Of a stretch of 64,000 bases of DNA, positions 27,862-38,341 are shown one piece after another. The notes beneath the pieces are model-generated. The model was not told the origin of the DNA, made no database searches, and saw only the letters and a list, made by a program, of their open reading frames with translations. The stretch comes from Nautiliaceae bacterium (GTDB lineage Bacteria > Campylobacterota > Campylobacteria > Campylobacterales > Nautiliaceae): NCBI GenBank assembly GCA_027011225.1, contig JALVAK010000008.1, positions 18,312 to 82,311 on the forward strand. Reading direction: 5' to 3'. A program made the translations under genes and the position numbers. Position 1 is the first letter of the stretch, and every line of letters begins with the position of its first letter.

Positions 27862-28901
27862 AAAAAATATTAGCATTAGCATTAAGTGTTGCAAGTGTAT
27901 TTGCGTATGAATTTGCAGTGGCAAAAAAATCTGAAATTAATATTACAAAAGATTATGTGGCAAATGTATATTCTAAAAATCAAGTAATGGTTGCTACTAG
28001 AATGATGGGATTTATTAAGCAAATGCCAGTAGAAGAGGGTGAAGTGGTAAAAAAAGGACAATTGCTATTTGAAGTAGACCCATCTGATGTAAATTCTATG
28101 CTAAATCAAGCAGAAGGTGCGGTGCTTCAAGCAAAAAGTGCAGTATTAATGGCTGAGATGGCATATGCTGATGCACTTAGAGATTATAAAAGATTTAAAG
28201 ATTTATATGAAAAAGGTGCAATTAGTAAAAGAGATTTTGAAAAAATTACTTTAATGAAAAATATAAGAGCAAAACAAGTTGATATGGCAAAAGGGATGCT
28301 AAAACAAGCTCAAGCAGCTCTTAATAGGGTAAAAGCTCAGTTTAAATATACAAAAGTAAAATCTCCAATTGATGGTGTTGTAACAATGAAAATGAAAAAA
28401 GTAGCTGAAATGGCGCTTCCTGGATATCCTGTAGTAGTGCTTAGCGATTTAAATGCTATTAAAGCTAAATCTTTTGTAAAAGAGAGTGATTTAAAAGCAT
28501 TTAAATTAGGTATGCCAGTTGATATTTATGTACCAGCTCTTAAAAAAACGTATAAAGCTAAAGTCTCAACTATTATTCCAAGTGCAGACCCAGCAACTCA
28601 TTCATTTGTAGTTAAATACTCTTTTAATAATTCAAAAGGTTTATTGCCTGGAATGTATGCAAAAGCAAAAGTTGTAGTTGGCAAGAAAGAAGCAGTACTT
28701 GTACCTTTTGGGGCTTTGACTACAAGAGAAGGAATTGTTGGTGTATTTGTTGTAGAAAATGGAGTGGCTAGATTTGTACCAGTTAAGCAAATTGCACAAG
28801 TTGGTGATTATATTGCTGTTAAAGGACTTAAAGGAGGGGAAAAAGTTATCTTATATCCTCCAGCAAATTTGGTTGATGGACAAAAAATAGAGGAGCAATA
28901 A
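27858..28901 (+). CDS. Efflux RND periplasmic adaptor (MFP/HlyD family)
   Basis: Signal peptide, lipoyl/hairpin/beta-barrel arrangement (GQLLFEVDPSD ... SPIDGVV). 4-nt overlap with the upstream gene. Confidence 0.85.
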   Translation: MKKILALALSVASVFAYEFAVAKKSEINITKDYVANVYSKNQVMVATRMMGFIKQMPVEEGEVVKKGQLLFEVDPSDVNSMLNQAEGAVLQAKSAVLMAEMAYADALRDYKRFKDLYEKGAISKRDFEKITLMKNIRAKQVDMAKGMLKQAQAALNRVKAQFKYTKVKSPIDGVVTMKMKKVAEMALPGYPVVVLSDLNAIKAKSFVKESDLKAFKLGMPVDIYVPALKKTYKAKVSTIIPSADPATHSFVVKYSFNNSKGLLPGMYAKAKVVVGKKEAVLVPFGALTTREGIVGVFVVENGVARFVPVKQIAQVGDYIAVKGLKGGEKVILYPPANLVDGQKIEEQ

Positions 28902-31900
28902 TGGAGCAATTAAAAAAATTAAGAGAGCTTATTAAGCAGAAAAAAGAGCAGTTAGAAAAGCTTAAAAATTCTGCTTGTGATATTGAAGAGCTTAAAAAGC
29001 TTGAAATTGAAATTCGTATGTTAGAAGATGAGCTTGCAAAAAAAGAAAAAGAGTTTGAAAAGCTAAAACAAGAAATTAAACAAAAAGAAGAAGAATTAGA
29101 AGAAGTTGAAGAAGAGTTAAAGTTAAATATTGCAGGTAAACTTGCAAGAGCTTTTTTAAATAACCCTTTAACTCCAGTTTTGGCTATTGTAATTTTGTTA
29201 ATGGGTATAGTTGCTGTACTTTTTACTCCAAGAGAAGAAAATCCTCAAATTGATGTACCAGCAGCTAATGTAATAGTTATGTATCCAGGTGCTAGCTCTA
29301 AAGAGGTGCAAAATATAGTAGTAGAGCCTCTTGCAAGAGAGCTAAAGGCTATGACTGGCGTTAAGCATATTTATGGTATGGCAATGAATAGTGTAGGAAT
29401 TGTAACTGTTAGATTTAAAATTGGTGAAGATAAAGTTAGAAGTATGTCTAAACTTTATGATAGAGTTATGCAAAATATGGATAAAATGCCAAAAGGTGTA
29501 ATGCCTCCACTTGTTAAGCCTATTGATATAGATGAAGTACCAATAGTAACACTTGCACTCTCTAGTAAAAAATATAATGACTATCAGCTTTATAGAATTG
29601 CTCAAAGAATGTTAAGCCCTTTAGCAGAAGTAAAAAATGTAAGTATTGTAGGTATCAAAGGAGGGCATAAAAGGCAATTTAATATAATTGTTGACCCTCA
29701 AAAACTTGCAGCTTATCATTTGTCTTTAGGGCAAATTGCAATGGCGCTTAAAGGCGCTAATGTTGATTATCCACTAGGTGGAACTGAGAATAAAAAATAC
29801 TCAATTCCAGTGGAATTTGATGGATTTATCAAATCAGTTAAAGATGTGGAAAATTTAATAGTTGCAAACTATATGGGAAGACCTATTTATGTAAAAGATA
29901 TTGCAAAAGTTGAAGATGGTATAGATTTTCAGCACAAACATGAAACTTACTTTGAAGGTGGTAGAGCATTTTATACAGACCCTCTTGTAGATGGAAAAGA
30001 AGTTAAAAAATTTCCTGTAGGAGAGAAACTAAATCAAGTTACGATTTTTATCGGTAAAAAAAGAGGAAGTAATGCTGTATTTGTAGCAGAAGCGGTACTT
30101 AAAAAAGCAGAGGAGCTTAAAAAACTTTTACCAAAAGATGTTCATATTTATGTAACAAGAAATGATGGTGAAAAAGCAAATCATGCAGTAAATGAGCTTA
30201 TTTATCACTTATTTATCTCTCTTGGAATTATTGTAATTTTACTTATTGTAATGCTTGGATGGAGAGAGGCTTTAATTGTTGCATTTACTGTGCCACTTAT
30301 TTTATCTATTACGCTATTTATTGGAATGCTTGCAGGTCAAACAATTAATAGAATTACGTTATTTGCACTTATTTTATCTCTTGGATTATTAGTAGATAGT
30401 GCTATTATTGTTATTGAAAATATCCATAGACATTTTGAAATTGGAGACAAACCAAAAGAATATGCTGCTATTTATGCAACAAATGAGATAGGAAATCCTA
30501 CAAATATTGCAACACTTGCTATTATTTTAGCGTTTTTACCAATGTTTTTTGTAAGCGGTATGATGGGTCCATATATGAGACCAATTCCGTTTAATGTCCC
30601 AGTTGCAATGATTGCTTCACTTTTTGTAGCATACGTATTTACACCATGGGCAGCGGTTAGATTTTTACCAGAGCATAAGGATAAAAAAGAGCCATTTGAT
30701 ATTAGAAAAACTAAAATTTACAAAATTTTTTATAAAATATTAAATCCGCTTTTAACATCAACTACTAAAAGAGTTGTATTTTTTAGTGTAATTATTTTAG
30801 CTTTGATTGTAAGTTTAGCGCTTCCTGTATTTAAAATAGTGCTTTTTAAAATGCTTCCAAGTGCAAACAAAAATACATTTAATATAACAATTGATTTGCC
30901 AAAAGGAACAAGTATTAATGTAACTAAAAAGGTAAGTGATTGTGTAGCAAGTATTTTAGAAAAAGAGCCTGAAATTCATGATTTTGAGCAATTTATTGGA
31001 ATTAGTGGAGTAGTTGATTTTAATGGACTTCTTAGAGGCTCTTCTATGAAGCAGGGTGAAAACTATGGAGAAATTAGAGTAAATCTTTATCCAAAAGAAA
31101 AAGGAAGAAAAGAAAGCTCTATTCATATGGTAAGTAGGCTAAGACCTATTATTCAAGGTAAGTGCTCATTTAATGATGCAAATATTAAACTTGTAGAAGA
31201 CCCTCCAGGACCACCGGTAATTGCAACTCTTTTAATGCAAGTATTTGGCGGAGATGAAAAAGGTAGACTTAAACTTGCAAATTATATAGCAGATATATAC
31301 CATAAAACAAAAGGTGTTGTTGATATTGATATTATGAGAGATAAACAAATTGTAAAATATAAAATTATTCCAGATAAAGAAAAAGCAGCGCTTTTTGGTA
31401 TTACAACAGAACAAATTGCTAAAGTGCTTGGAGCTGGAATTAGAGGAGCAGTTGTTAGTGTAGCACACATTCCAAGCGAAAAAGAGCAAGTTGGAATTTT
31501 TGTAAGATTTGATAAAAATGCAAGAGATTCAATTGAAGCTCTTGATAAAATCAAAATTATGTCTATGACAACTCATAAATTAATACCACTTAAAGAAGTA
31601 GTTAAAATTGTAGCAGTGCCATTTGATGGAATGATTACAAGCAAAGATTTAAGAGAAATGGTAATGGTTACTGGTGAAATGGATAATAGAGGTAGCTTAT
31701 ATGCGCTACTTGATATATTTAACTATTTAAGAGAAAAAGGAATTCCTGGATATAAAATAATTTATGATGGAAATCCTAGATTAAATCTAAAAGCAATTGA
31801 AGAAAAAACAGGCAAAGAGTATGATTTAATCTGGGGAGGAGAGTGGGAGCTTACATTTGATGTATTTAGAGACCTTGGAGCTGCATTTGCAGTTGCAGTA

Positions 31901-32413
31901 ATTTTAATTTATTTACTAATGGTAGCTTATTATAAAAACTTTAGAGTACCAAGAATTGTTCTTGCAGCAGTGCCTCTTACATTTATAGGAGTGCTTCCAG
32001 GACATGCATTGATGAATTGGATTACGGAGATATTTTTAGATTCAAAAACATACTTTACTGCTACAAGTATGATAGGATTTATTGCGCTTGCAGGTATTGT
32101 TGTTAGAAACTCTTTACTTTTAATTGACTTTACAAATGATTTACTGAAAAAAGGAAGAAGTATAAATGAGGCAATTATTGAAGCAGCTGCTACTAGATTT
32201 AGACCAATTATCTTAACAGCTCTTGCAATTATTTTTGCATCATTTGTAATTGTATTAGACCCGGTATGGCAAGGGCTTGCAGTATCGTTAATTTTTGGGG
32301 TTCTTGCATCAACTTTATTATCACTTGTGGTAGTGCCAGTTCTTTACTGGAGATACTTAATTTCTAAACATAAAAAAGAAAAACATATTAAATATGGAGT
32401 TAAAGAGATTTAA
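28901..32413 (+). CDS. RND efflux permease with about 75-aa N-terminal coiled-coil extension
   Basis: 12-TM/2-loop RND layout and GLLVDSAIIVIENIHRH motif. 1170 aa. ATG overlaps the MFP stop by 1 nt (TAATG). Confidence 0.9.
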   Translation: MEQLKKLRELIKQKKEQLEKLKNSACDIEELKKLEIEIRMLEDELAKKEKEFEKLKQEIKQKEEELEEVEEELKLNIAGKLARAFLNNPLTPVLAIVILLMGIVAVLFTPREENPQIDVPAANVIVMYPGASSKEVQNIVVEPLARELKAMTGVKHIYGMAMNSVGIVTVRFKIGEDKVRSMSKLYDRVMQNMDKMPKGVMPPLVKPIDIDEVPIVTLALSSKKYNDYQLYRIAQRMLSPLAEVKNVSIVGIKGGHKRQFNIIVDPQKLAAYHLSLGQIAMALKGANVDYPLGGTENKKYSIPVEFDGFIKSVKDVENLIVANYMGRPIYVKDIAKVEDGIDFQHKHETYFEGGRAFYTDPLVDGKEVKKFPVGEKLNQVTIFIGKKRGSNAVFVAEAVLKKAEELKKLLPKDVHIYVTRNDGEKANHAVNELIYHLFISLGIIVILLIVMLGWREALIVAFTVPLILSITLFIGMLAGQTINRITLFALILSLGLLVDSAIIVIENIHRHFEIGDKPKEYAAIYATNEIGNPTNIATLAIILAFLPMFFVSGMMGPYMRPIPFNVPVAMIASLFVAYVFTPWAAVRFLPEHKDKKEPFDIRKTKIYKIFYKILNPLLTSTTKRVVFFSVIILALIVSLALPVFKIVLFKMLPSANKNTFNITIDLPKGTSINVTKKVSDCVASILEKEPEIHDFEQFIGISGVVDFNGLLRGSSMKQGENYGEIRVNLYPKEKGRKESSIHMVSRLRPIIQGKCSFNDANIKLVEDPPGPPVIATLLMQVFGGDEKGRLKLANYIADIYHKTKGVVDIDIMRDKQIVKYKIIPDKEKAALFGITTEQIAKVLGAGIRGAVVSVAHIPSEKEQVGIFVRFDKNARDSIEALDKIKIMSMTTHKLIPLKEVVKIVAVPFDGMITSKDLREMVMVTGEMDNRGSLYALLDIFNYLREKGIPGYKIIYDGNPRLNLKAIEEKTGKEYDLIWGGEWELTFDVFRDLGAAFAVAVILIYLLMVAYYKNFRVPRIVLAAVPLTFIGVLPGHALMNWITEIFLDSKTYFTATSMIGFIALAGIVVRNSLLLIDFTNDLLKKGRSINEAIIEAAATRFRPIILTALAIIFASFVIVLDPVWQGLAVSLIFGVLASTLLSLVVVPVLYWRYLISKHKKEKHIKYGVKEI

Positions 32414-32422
32414 CTCCATTTT
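32396..32422 (+). terminator. Intrinsic terminator of the efflux operon
   Basis: GGAGTTAAA-GAGA-TTTAACTCC, a perfect 9-bp stem overlapping the RND stop codon and followed by ATTTT. Confidence 0.6.
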
Positions 32423-32443
32423 GATTAAATAGAAAGAGTAAAA

Positions 32444-34501
32444 TTGATTAGTCTAAAAAAAGAGTTTTTTAAAACTTCTTTGCTTGGTTTAACAATAGGA
32501 GCTGTTGTAATAGGAATATTGTATTTATTTATTACTAAAGTAGTAATTGAAAATGAGCTTAAAAAAGCTAGGCTTGAAGCAAAAACTATTATTGCTTATA
32601 GACATTATCTTGCATTAGTTTCTCCAAAAGTAAAAGTTGTTGATACTAATTTATCTCCTTTTGCAATAACTCCTGCTTTTACTACTAATCAAGTAGCTAA
32701 GATTTTAAGAGATGAGGGTGTTTATATAAAACAAACATCTGATAGATATAGAAATATTTTAGATAAACCAAACGAATCTGAGCTTGAGGCAATAAATTTT
32801 TTTAAAACTCATAAAGATAAAGAAGAATTTTTTCAAATTCATAATGCTGATAAAAATTTTAAAGAGAAGCATCTATTTTATGCAAGAAAACTTGTAATTG
32901 AAAAATCTTGTCTTAAATGTCATGGAATTCCGGGAAAAGATGTACCTTTAATTCTTTATAAAGAGCTTACAAAATATTATGGAAATAAAGCTTTTAATTA
33001 TCATCTAGGGGATGTTAGAGGAATTATTTCTATAGTATTTCCTTATGAAAAAATTTTAAAAAATATAGATAAAATTTTCTTGATTGTTATAGGGATTGGG
33101 GTTTTGTTTTTTTTAGTAGGTCTTTTTATATTTTATAAGTTAAATATGAATATTAATAAAGACATTTCAAAAGTTCTAAATCATTTCAAACTAACTCAAA
33201 AAGGCAAATATCCTATCTTTAAAGAAAAGCTTAAATTTTTAGAGTTTGCAAATTTAAAAGATGAAATTAATAAAACATTTTTAAGACTTAGGAGATATGA
33301 AGGTGAATTATATAAAGAGTTATATTTTAATAATTTAACTCTCCTTCCAAATAGAAATAAGTTTTTGGATTTAATAAAAGATAAAAAGTATGTAATTGCT
33401 CTTTTAAATATCGATAAATTTAAGGATATAAATTTTTATTTTGGAGTAGATATTGCTAATAAATTAATATTAGAAGTTTCAAAAAGATTAAAAAATTTAA
33501 AAAAGAAATATAATTTTAAATTATTTCATATAAATATTGATGAATTTGCTTTATTATTTAATAATATAGATGAAAATACTCTAAGAGAAGAGATAAAAGA
33601 AATTTTAAAAGAGCTAGAAAAACCATATAACATAGATGGAAATGAAATAATCATAAGATTTAGAGCTGGAATTAGTTTTAAGAAAAAAGATTATATAAGA
33701 GCTAATATAGCTCTTGATATGGCAAAAGAATTAAAAAAAGATATTTTATTTGGCAAAGAAATAGAAGGTTTAGGAAAATATAAAGAGCATCTGCAATGGC
33801 TTAGAAAATTAAAATGGGCACTTGAAAATGATAGAATTATTCCTTTTTATCAGCCAATAGTAGATGCTAATGGCAAAATGGTAAAATATGAAGCATTAGT
33901 TAGGCTTATTGATGAAAATGGTAGAGTTGTTAGTCCTTTTTTCTTTTTAGATGTAGCTAAAAAATCTAGAATGTATTTAGAAATAACAAAAAGAGTTATA
34001 GATAAAGCTATTGAAAAAATAAAAGAAAAAAATGTAGCAATTTCTATTAACTTAACTTTAGAAGATATTAATGATGAAGATATGAGGAAATTTATATTTG
34101 AAAAAATATCTTCTATTAAGGATAAAACTCTTTTAACTTTTGAGATAGTTGAGAGTGAAGATGTTGGAGAAAATAAAAAAGTTAAAGAATTTTTAAGAAA
34201 AATTAAAAGTTTAGGCTCTTTAATTTATATTGATGATTTTGGAAGCGGGTATTCTAATTTTGATTATTTGATTAAGTTAAATCCAGATGGGGTTAAAATA
34301 GATGGAAGTATTATAAAAAATATTTTAACTGATAAAAATAATGAGATAATAACAAAGACAATTATTTCTTTTGCAAAAGAGATGAATATAAAAACAATAG
34401 CAGAATATGTGGAAAATAAAGAGATTTTTGATAAGTTAAAAAATTTAGGAGTTGATTATTTCCAAGGATATTATTTCTCAGCTCCAAAAGAAGATATTTA
34501 A
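32444..34501 (+). CDS. Membrane c-di-GMP phosphodiesterase: periplasmic DUF3365 heme-c sensor + degenerate GGDEF + EAL
   Basis: TM1, a periplasmic domain with CxxCH (CLKCHG) and GDVRGIISIVFP (DUF3365), then TM2. GGDEF-fold with NIDEF in place of GGDEF. Intact EAL set (EALVRL, DDFGSGYSN, KIDGS, EYVE, QGYY). TTG start. Confidence 0.8.
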   Translation: MISLKKEFFKTSLLGLTIGAVVIGILYLFITKVVIENELKKARLEAKTIIAYRHYLALVSPKVKVVDTNLSPFAITPAFTTNQVAKILRDEGVYIKQTSDRYRNILDKPNESELEAINFFKTHKDKEEFFQIHNADKNFKEKHLFYARKLVIEKSCLKCHGIPGKDVPLILYKELTKYYGNKAFNYHLGDVRGIISIVFPYEKILKNIDKIFLIVIGIGVLFFLVGLFIFYKLNMNINKDISKVLNHFKLTQKGKYPIFKEKLKFLEFANLKDEINKTFLRLRRYEGELYKELYFNNLTLLPNRNKFLDLIKDKKYVIALLNIDKFKDINFYFGVDIANKLILEVSKRLKNLKKKYNFKLFHINIDEFALLFNNIDENTLREEIKEILKELEKPYNIDGNEIIIRFRAGISFKKKDYIRANIALDMAKELKKDILFGKEIEGLGKYKEHLQWLRKLKWALENDRIIPFYQPIVDANGKMVKYEALVRLIDENGRVVSPFFFLDVAKKSRMYLEITKRVIDKAIEKIKEKNVAISINLTLEDINDEDMRKFIFEKISSIKDKTLLTFEIVESEDVGENKKVKEFLRKIKSLGSLIYIDDFGSGYSNFDYLIKLNPDGVKIDGSIIKNILTDKNNEIITKTIISFAKEMNIKTIAEYVENKEIFDKLKNLGVDYFQGYYFSAPKEDI

Positions 34502-34510
34502 GGAGAAAAA

Positions 34511-35092
34511 ATGAAAATAGTTGTAGCTAGTGGCAACAAAGGTAAAATAAAAGAAATACAAAGTATTTTAAAAGATTATGAAATCATACCTTATACAGAA
34601 TTGATTGCTCCTATTGAAATAGAAGAAAATGGAAGCAGTTTTAAGGAAAATGCTATTATTAAAGCAAAAGCAGTATATGAAAAATTACCTCAATATTTGG
34701 TTATTGCAGATGATAGTGGTATTAGTGTTCCAGCTTTAAATAATGAGCCAGGTATTTTTTCTGCACGATATGCTGGTATTAACGCTAGTGATAAAGACAA
34801 TTTAAATAAACTTATTAATGAGCTAAAAAAAAGAAATATAAAAAAAACACCTGCTTTTTATACCGCTGCTATTGCTATAGCATCACCTTATGGTGTTTTT
34901 ACAACACATGGATTTATGAGGGGAGAAGTTATTGATGAGGCAAGAGGGGATAAAGGTTTTGGTTATGACCCTATGTTTATTCCAAAAGGATTTGATAAAA
35001 CATTAGGTGAGCTTGATGAAGAAGTAAAACAAAAAATATCTCATAGAGTAAAAGCTTTAGAGTTAGCAAAAAAGATTATAAAAGTTTTATAA
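34511..35092 (+). CDS. rdgB: Non-canonical purine NTP pyrophosphatase RdgB/HAM1
   Basis: [33 protein letters not shown] and GFGYDPMF motifs. Confidence 0.9.
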   Translation: MKIVVASGNKGKIKEIQSILKDYEIIPYTELIAPIEIEENGSSFKENAIIKAKAVYEKLPQYLVIADDSGISVPALNNEPGIFSARYAGINASDKDNLNKLINELKKRNIKKTPAFYTAAIAIASPYGVFTTHGFMRGEVIDEARGDKGFGYDPMFIPKGFDKTLGELDEEVKQKISHRVKALELAKKIIKVL

Positions 35093-36901
35093 TCTTTTAT
35101 ATTTTATAAAAATTACTATAGTTGTTTTAGGTGGTATTTTGTTTATTTGAACATCATAAAATCTTTTAAGTTTGTTTTGACTTACGATTTTAACATTGTA
35201 TTTATCTATCTCAGGAGTAAAGTTTATTATTTTAATAGTTGGAGTATATATTCTAAAAGTTAAATTTTTCACTTCTTGATTATTGTTATTGCTTATATTA
35301 AGTGTTATTATATTAGAGCTAGCAGAGTAATCGTATGAAATGTTTTGAGCTAATAATGCTTTTGTAGCAATATCTTTTCCTTTCATAGGGTAGAAATATT
35401 TATTTTGTAAATATTTAAAATATTTCTCTAATACAGAAATATTTGTTTTATAAGCGAGTAAATGCGTGTGTACGCTTAGAGTATATACTCCATTTAATGC
35501 AGTTACAAAATTGTTTTCTAAAATTATGTTATGAAATATTTGAGATTTATTAAAATCTGTATCAATTAAATATGTATAATCATCTGTACCATGTCTTGGG
35601 ATAGTAATAATTCCATATTTCTTTGTAAAAGGTAATAAAAAAGGTTTTGGTTTTTCCATTACATAAATGTATCCAGCTTCTTTAAGCATTTTTTCTATTC
35701 TATCATCTATTTCTTCTCTTGGTGGTCTAAAGCCATATATTTTTCTTCCAGTGATTTTTTCAAGTAATTTTTTTGAATAAATTATCTCTTGTTTTAATAC
35801 CTCAATAGGAGCTCCTAAAATTTTACTATGAGAATAGCTATGAGAGCCAATTTCACAATTTTTAAATTGAGCAATTGCTTTTGTAATATTTTCATATTTT
35901 TTTGCAAGTTTTGCTACGGCAAAAAGAGTAACATCTATATTATATTCATTTGCTAATTTAGCAAAATTATATCCATAAGGATATTTATATTCTGTATCTT
36001 CTGATATAAAAACTGCATTTGGTTTATCTAAAAAAGGATAAGAAGATATTGAGATTAAATTATTTGAATATGAAGCAATATTACTAAAGATTTTTTTGAA
36101 TTCTTTATCATTCATATCTAAAAATACATAAGCAGGGAATGAAAAATAAAACCATTTACCTTTTCCATAAAATCCATGCCATGCAATCCCATCATCATAT
36201 ATTGATAAATTATGATTTTGAATTTGAGGCGATGATGTTACAGACCAGTTTGTTAAGACAATATCTGGAATAAAATTAGAATGAAAAATTGGCAAAGAAT
36301 CATAAATTACCAAATCTTCTCTTGTAGGATTATCTGACATATTAAGAGGAGATATTCTTTTATGAATATAAAAAATTGCTTTATTTTTAGGAATTGCTTC
36401 TATTTTTTTCTTTAAATTTGTAATCTCTTCTATAGTTTTTGCGTTTAAAAAATGTTGATTTTCATCAAAGTATCCAAATCTAAAATTAAATACGAATGTC
36501 CCACCTTTTGCTAGAAAATTTTTTATTTCATTTTTTGCGAATGTAGATATAGCATATGTATCAGGCGATATTAAAATATCGTTTTTATTTAAAAATATTA
36601 AATCTTTTTCTGAAATTATTTTGTAATTAAAGCCATTTTGTTTAAGTCTTAAAGCCAATTTTACTATGTCGTTTTTATATTTTTGAGGATTTAAATTTTT
36701 CAGTTTTAAAATATTTAATGTATTATTAGATAATAATATTTTAAATGTCGGTCTTTCATTATTTAAATAAACGCTAAAATTAATATTTGGCATTAATTGA
36801 TAAATAACAAAACCACTTAAAATAGCCAATAAAAAAATAAATATAAAGACTAAAAGTGTCTTTAATTTATTCAAAAAATACATATTTACCACCAACCTCA
36901 T
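35087..36901 (-). CDS. Membrane-anchored polysaccharide deacetylase (NodB/CE4 domain flanked by extra domains)
   Basis: N-terminal TM helix. Central NodB motifs ([21 protein letters not shown]). 604 aa. Last gene of the EPS operon. Confidence 0.78.
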   Translation of the reverse strand: MRLVVNMYFLNKLKTLLVFIFIFLLAILSGFVIYQLMPNINFSVYLNNERPTFKILLSNNTLNILKLKNLNPQKYKNDIVKLALRLKQNGFNYKIISEKDLIFLNKNDILISPDTYAISTFAKNEIKNFLAKGGTFVFNFRFGYFDENQHFLNAKTIEEITNLKKKIEAIPKNKAIFYIHKRISPLNMSDNPTREDLVIYDSLPIFHSNFIPDIVLTNWSVTSSPQIQNHNLSIYDDGIAWHGFYGKGKWFYFSFPAYVFLDMNDKEFKKIFSNIASYSNNLISISSYPFLDKPNAVFISEDTEYKYPYGYNFAKLANEYNIDVTLFAVAKLAKKYENITKAIAQFKNCEIGSHSYSHSKILGAPIEVLKQEIIYSKKLLEKITGRKIYGFRPPREEIDDRIEKMLKEAGYIYVMEKPKPFLLPFTKKYGIITIPRHGTDDYTYLIDTDFNKSQIFHNIILENNFVTALNGVYTLSVHTHLLAYKTNISVLEKYFKYLQNKYFYPMKGKDIATKALLAQNISYDYSASSNIITLNISNNNNQEVKNLTFRIYTPTIKIINFTPEIDKYNVKIVSQNKLKRFYDVQINKIPPKTTIVIFIKYKRL

Positions 36902-37049
36902 CTAATACATCTTTATAAATTAATTTTTTTGCTAATTTTGTTTTATGTTTTTCTCTTGCTTTATATAGGAAATACGCAATAATTCCAAAAACTAATGTAA
37001 TTATTGTAATAATTAATATAATAAGTGCTAGAAATGCTAATAAGTTCAT
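36867..37049 (-). CDS. Small single-TM membrane protein (PgaD/IcaD-like position)
   Basis: 60 aa with one hydrophobic helix followed by a basic tail. ATGA overlap with the GT2 stop. Confidence 0.45.
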   Translation of the reverse strand: MNLLAFLALIILIITIITLVFGIIAYFLYKAREKHKTKLAKKLIYKDVLDEVGGKYVFFE

Positions 37050-38341
37050 AATCTACCTTTCCTTTCTAATTTTCCCCATTCCATTTTTATACCAAACCAC
37101 TCTTCTATAGTAGAGAATATTTTAACTAAATTTATGAATTGTATAAAGAACAATCTATAAAATATTGCATAAAATACTATAGATAAACTTTCATTTGTAA
37201 TAAGTACACAATAAAGAGCACCTGCAACATCTAATATTGTAAATAAACTCCACCAATAAAAAATTAAAAGAGAAATTCCTGTAGTAATAGCTAAATATAG
37301 TATAAATACATTGACCCAAAAATCCATAAAAGGCCAAAATACTGCTTCAAATAGCATATACCACATAGTAAAAGATGCTGCCATATTATCTTTAAAATTC
37401 CATAAAAGTTTTTTATGTTTTCTTATTGCTTGAAGTATACCTCTTGTCCATCTATATCTTTGTTTGATTAAGTCAAATATATTTTCAGGGGCTTCTGTTT
37501 TTGCAATAGCTTCTGATTCAAAATCTATTTTATATCCATGAGCAATAAGTTTTAATGTAACATCACAATCTTCTGCAAATGTATCATCATCATAAAGTCC
37601 TACGTCATAAAGTGCTTTTTTTCTAAACATACCAATAGGACCTGGAATAATATTTACAAGTTTTAAAAATGCTTGACCATTTCTTACCATATTTAGCCCT
37701 TCAATATATTCAAGGGCTTGAAGTTTCGTGATAATATTATTTTGATTACTTACAAATACAGAGCCTGCAACAGCAGCTATTTCTGGGTCTTCAAAATATA
37801 CTGCCATTAATTCTACAGCATCTTTTTGCAATTTTGAATCTGCATCAACTACCATTATAAGCTCACCGCTAGCTCTTTTGATTCCATAATTAATAGCTTT
37901 TGCTTTTCCTTCATTTGACTTTTTATATAGTTTTACAAAAGGAAGATAAGTATATTTTTGTACTACTAAAGATGTATTATCAGTACTTCCATCATCTACA
38001 ACTATAAGTTCTATATTTTTATAAGTTTGATTTATAATAGATTGTATCGATTTTTCAATTACTTTTTCTTCATTATAAGCTGGGATTATTACAGATACTT
38101 TTTTGTTTGTAGTTTTTTTAGTCTCTTCGGTAGCTTTAATTGTTGTTTTTAATATAGAAAAAAATAACAACACCATATATCTTAATATCACAAGAGTAAT
38201 AAAAATTAGAATAATTCCAATGCCTACTTTTATAACTATATTATTAATAATATAAAAAGTATTGTAATACTCAATAAGCACAAACGACAATAATAAAATA
38301 AGTAATATTGATAGAGAAATTATAAAAAATGTTTTTACCAT
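37046..38341 (-). CDS. Family 2 glycosyltransferase, processive polysaccharide synthase type (PgaC/IcaA/NodC-like)
   Basis: 2 N-terminal and about 4 C-terminal TM helices. IIPAYNEE, VVDDGSTD, VVDADS (DxD), AED and QRYRWTRG (QxxRW) motifs. Confidence 0.85.
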   Translation of the reverse strand: MVKTFFIISLSILLILLLSFVLIEYYNTFYIINNIVIKVGIGIILIFITLVILRYMVLLFFSILKTTIKATEETKKTTNKKVSVIIPAYNEEKVIEKSIQSIINQTYKNIELIVVDDGSTDNTSLVVQKYTYLPFVKLYKKSNEGKAKAINYGIKRASGELIMVVDADSKLQKDAVELMAVYFEDPEIAAVAGSVFVSNQNNIITKLQALEYIEGLNMVRNGQAFLKLVNIIPGPIGMFRKKALYDVGLYDDDTFAEDCDVTLKLIAHGYKIDFESEAIAKTEAPENIFDLIKQRYRWTRGILQAIRKHKKLLWNFKDNMAASFTMWYMLFEAVFWPFMDFWVNVFILYLAITTGISLLIFYWWSLFTILDVAGALYCVLITNESLSIVFYAIFYRLFFIQFINLVKIFSTIEEWFGIKMEWGKLERKGRL

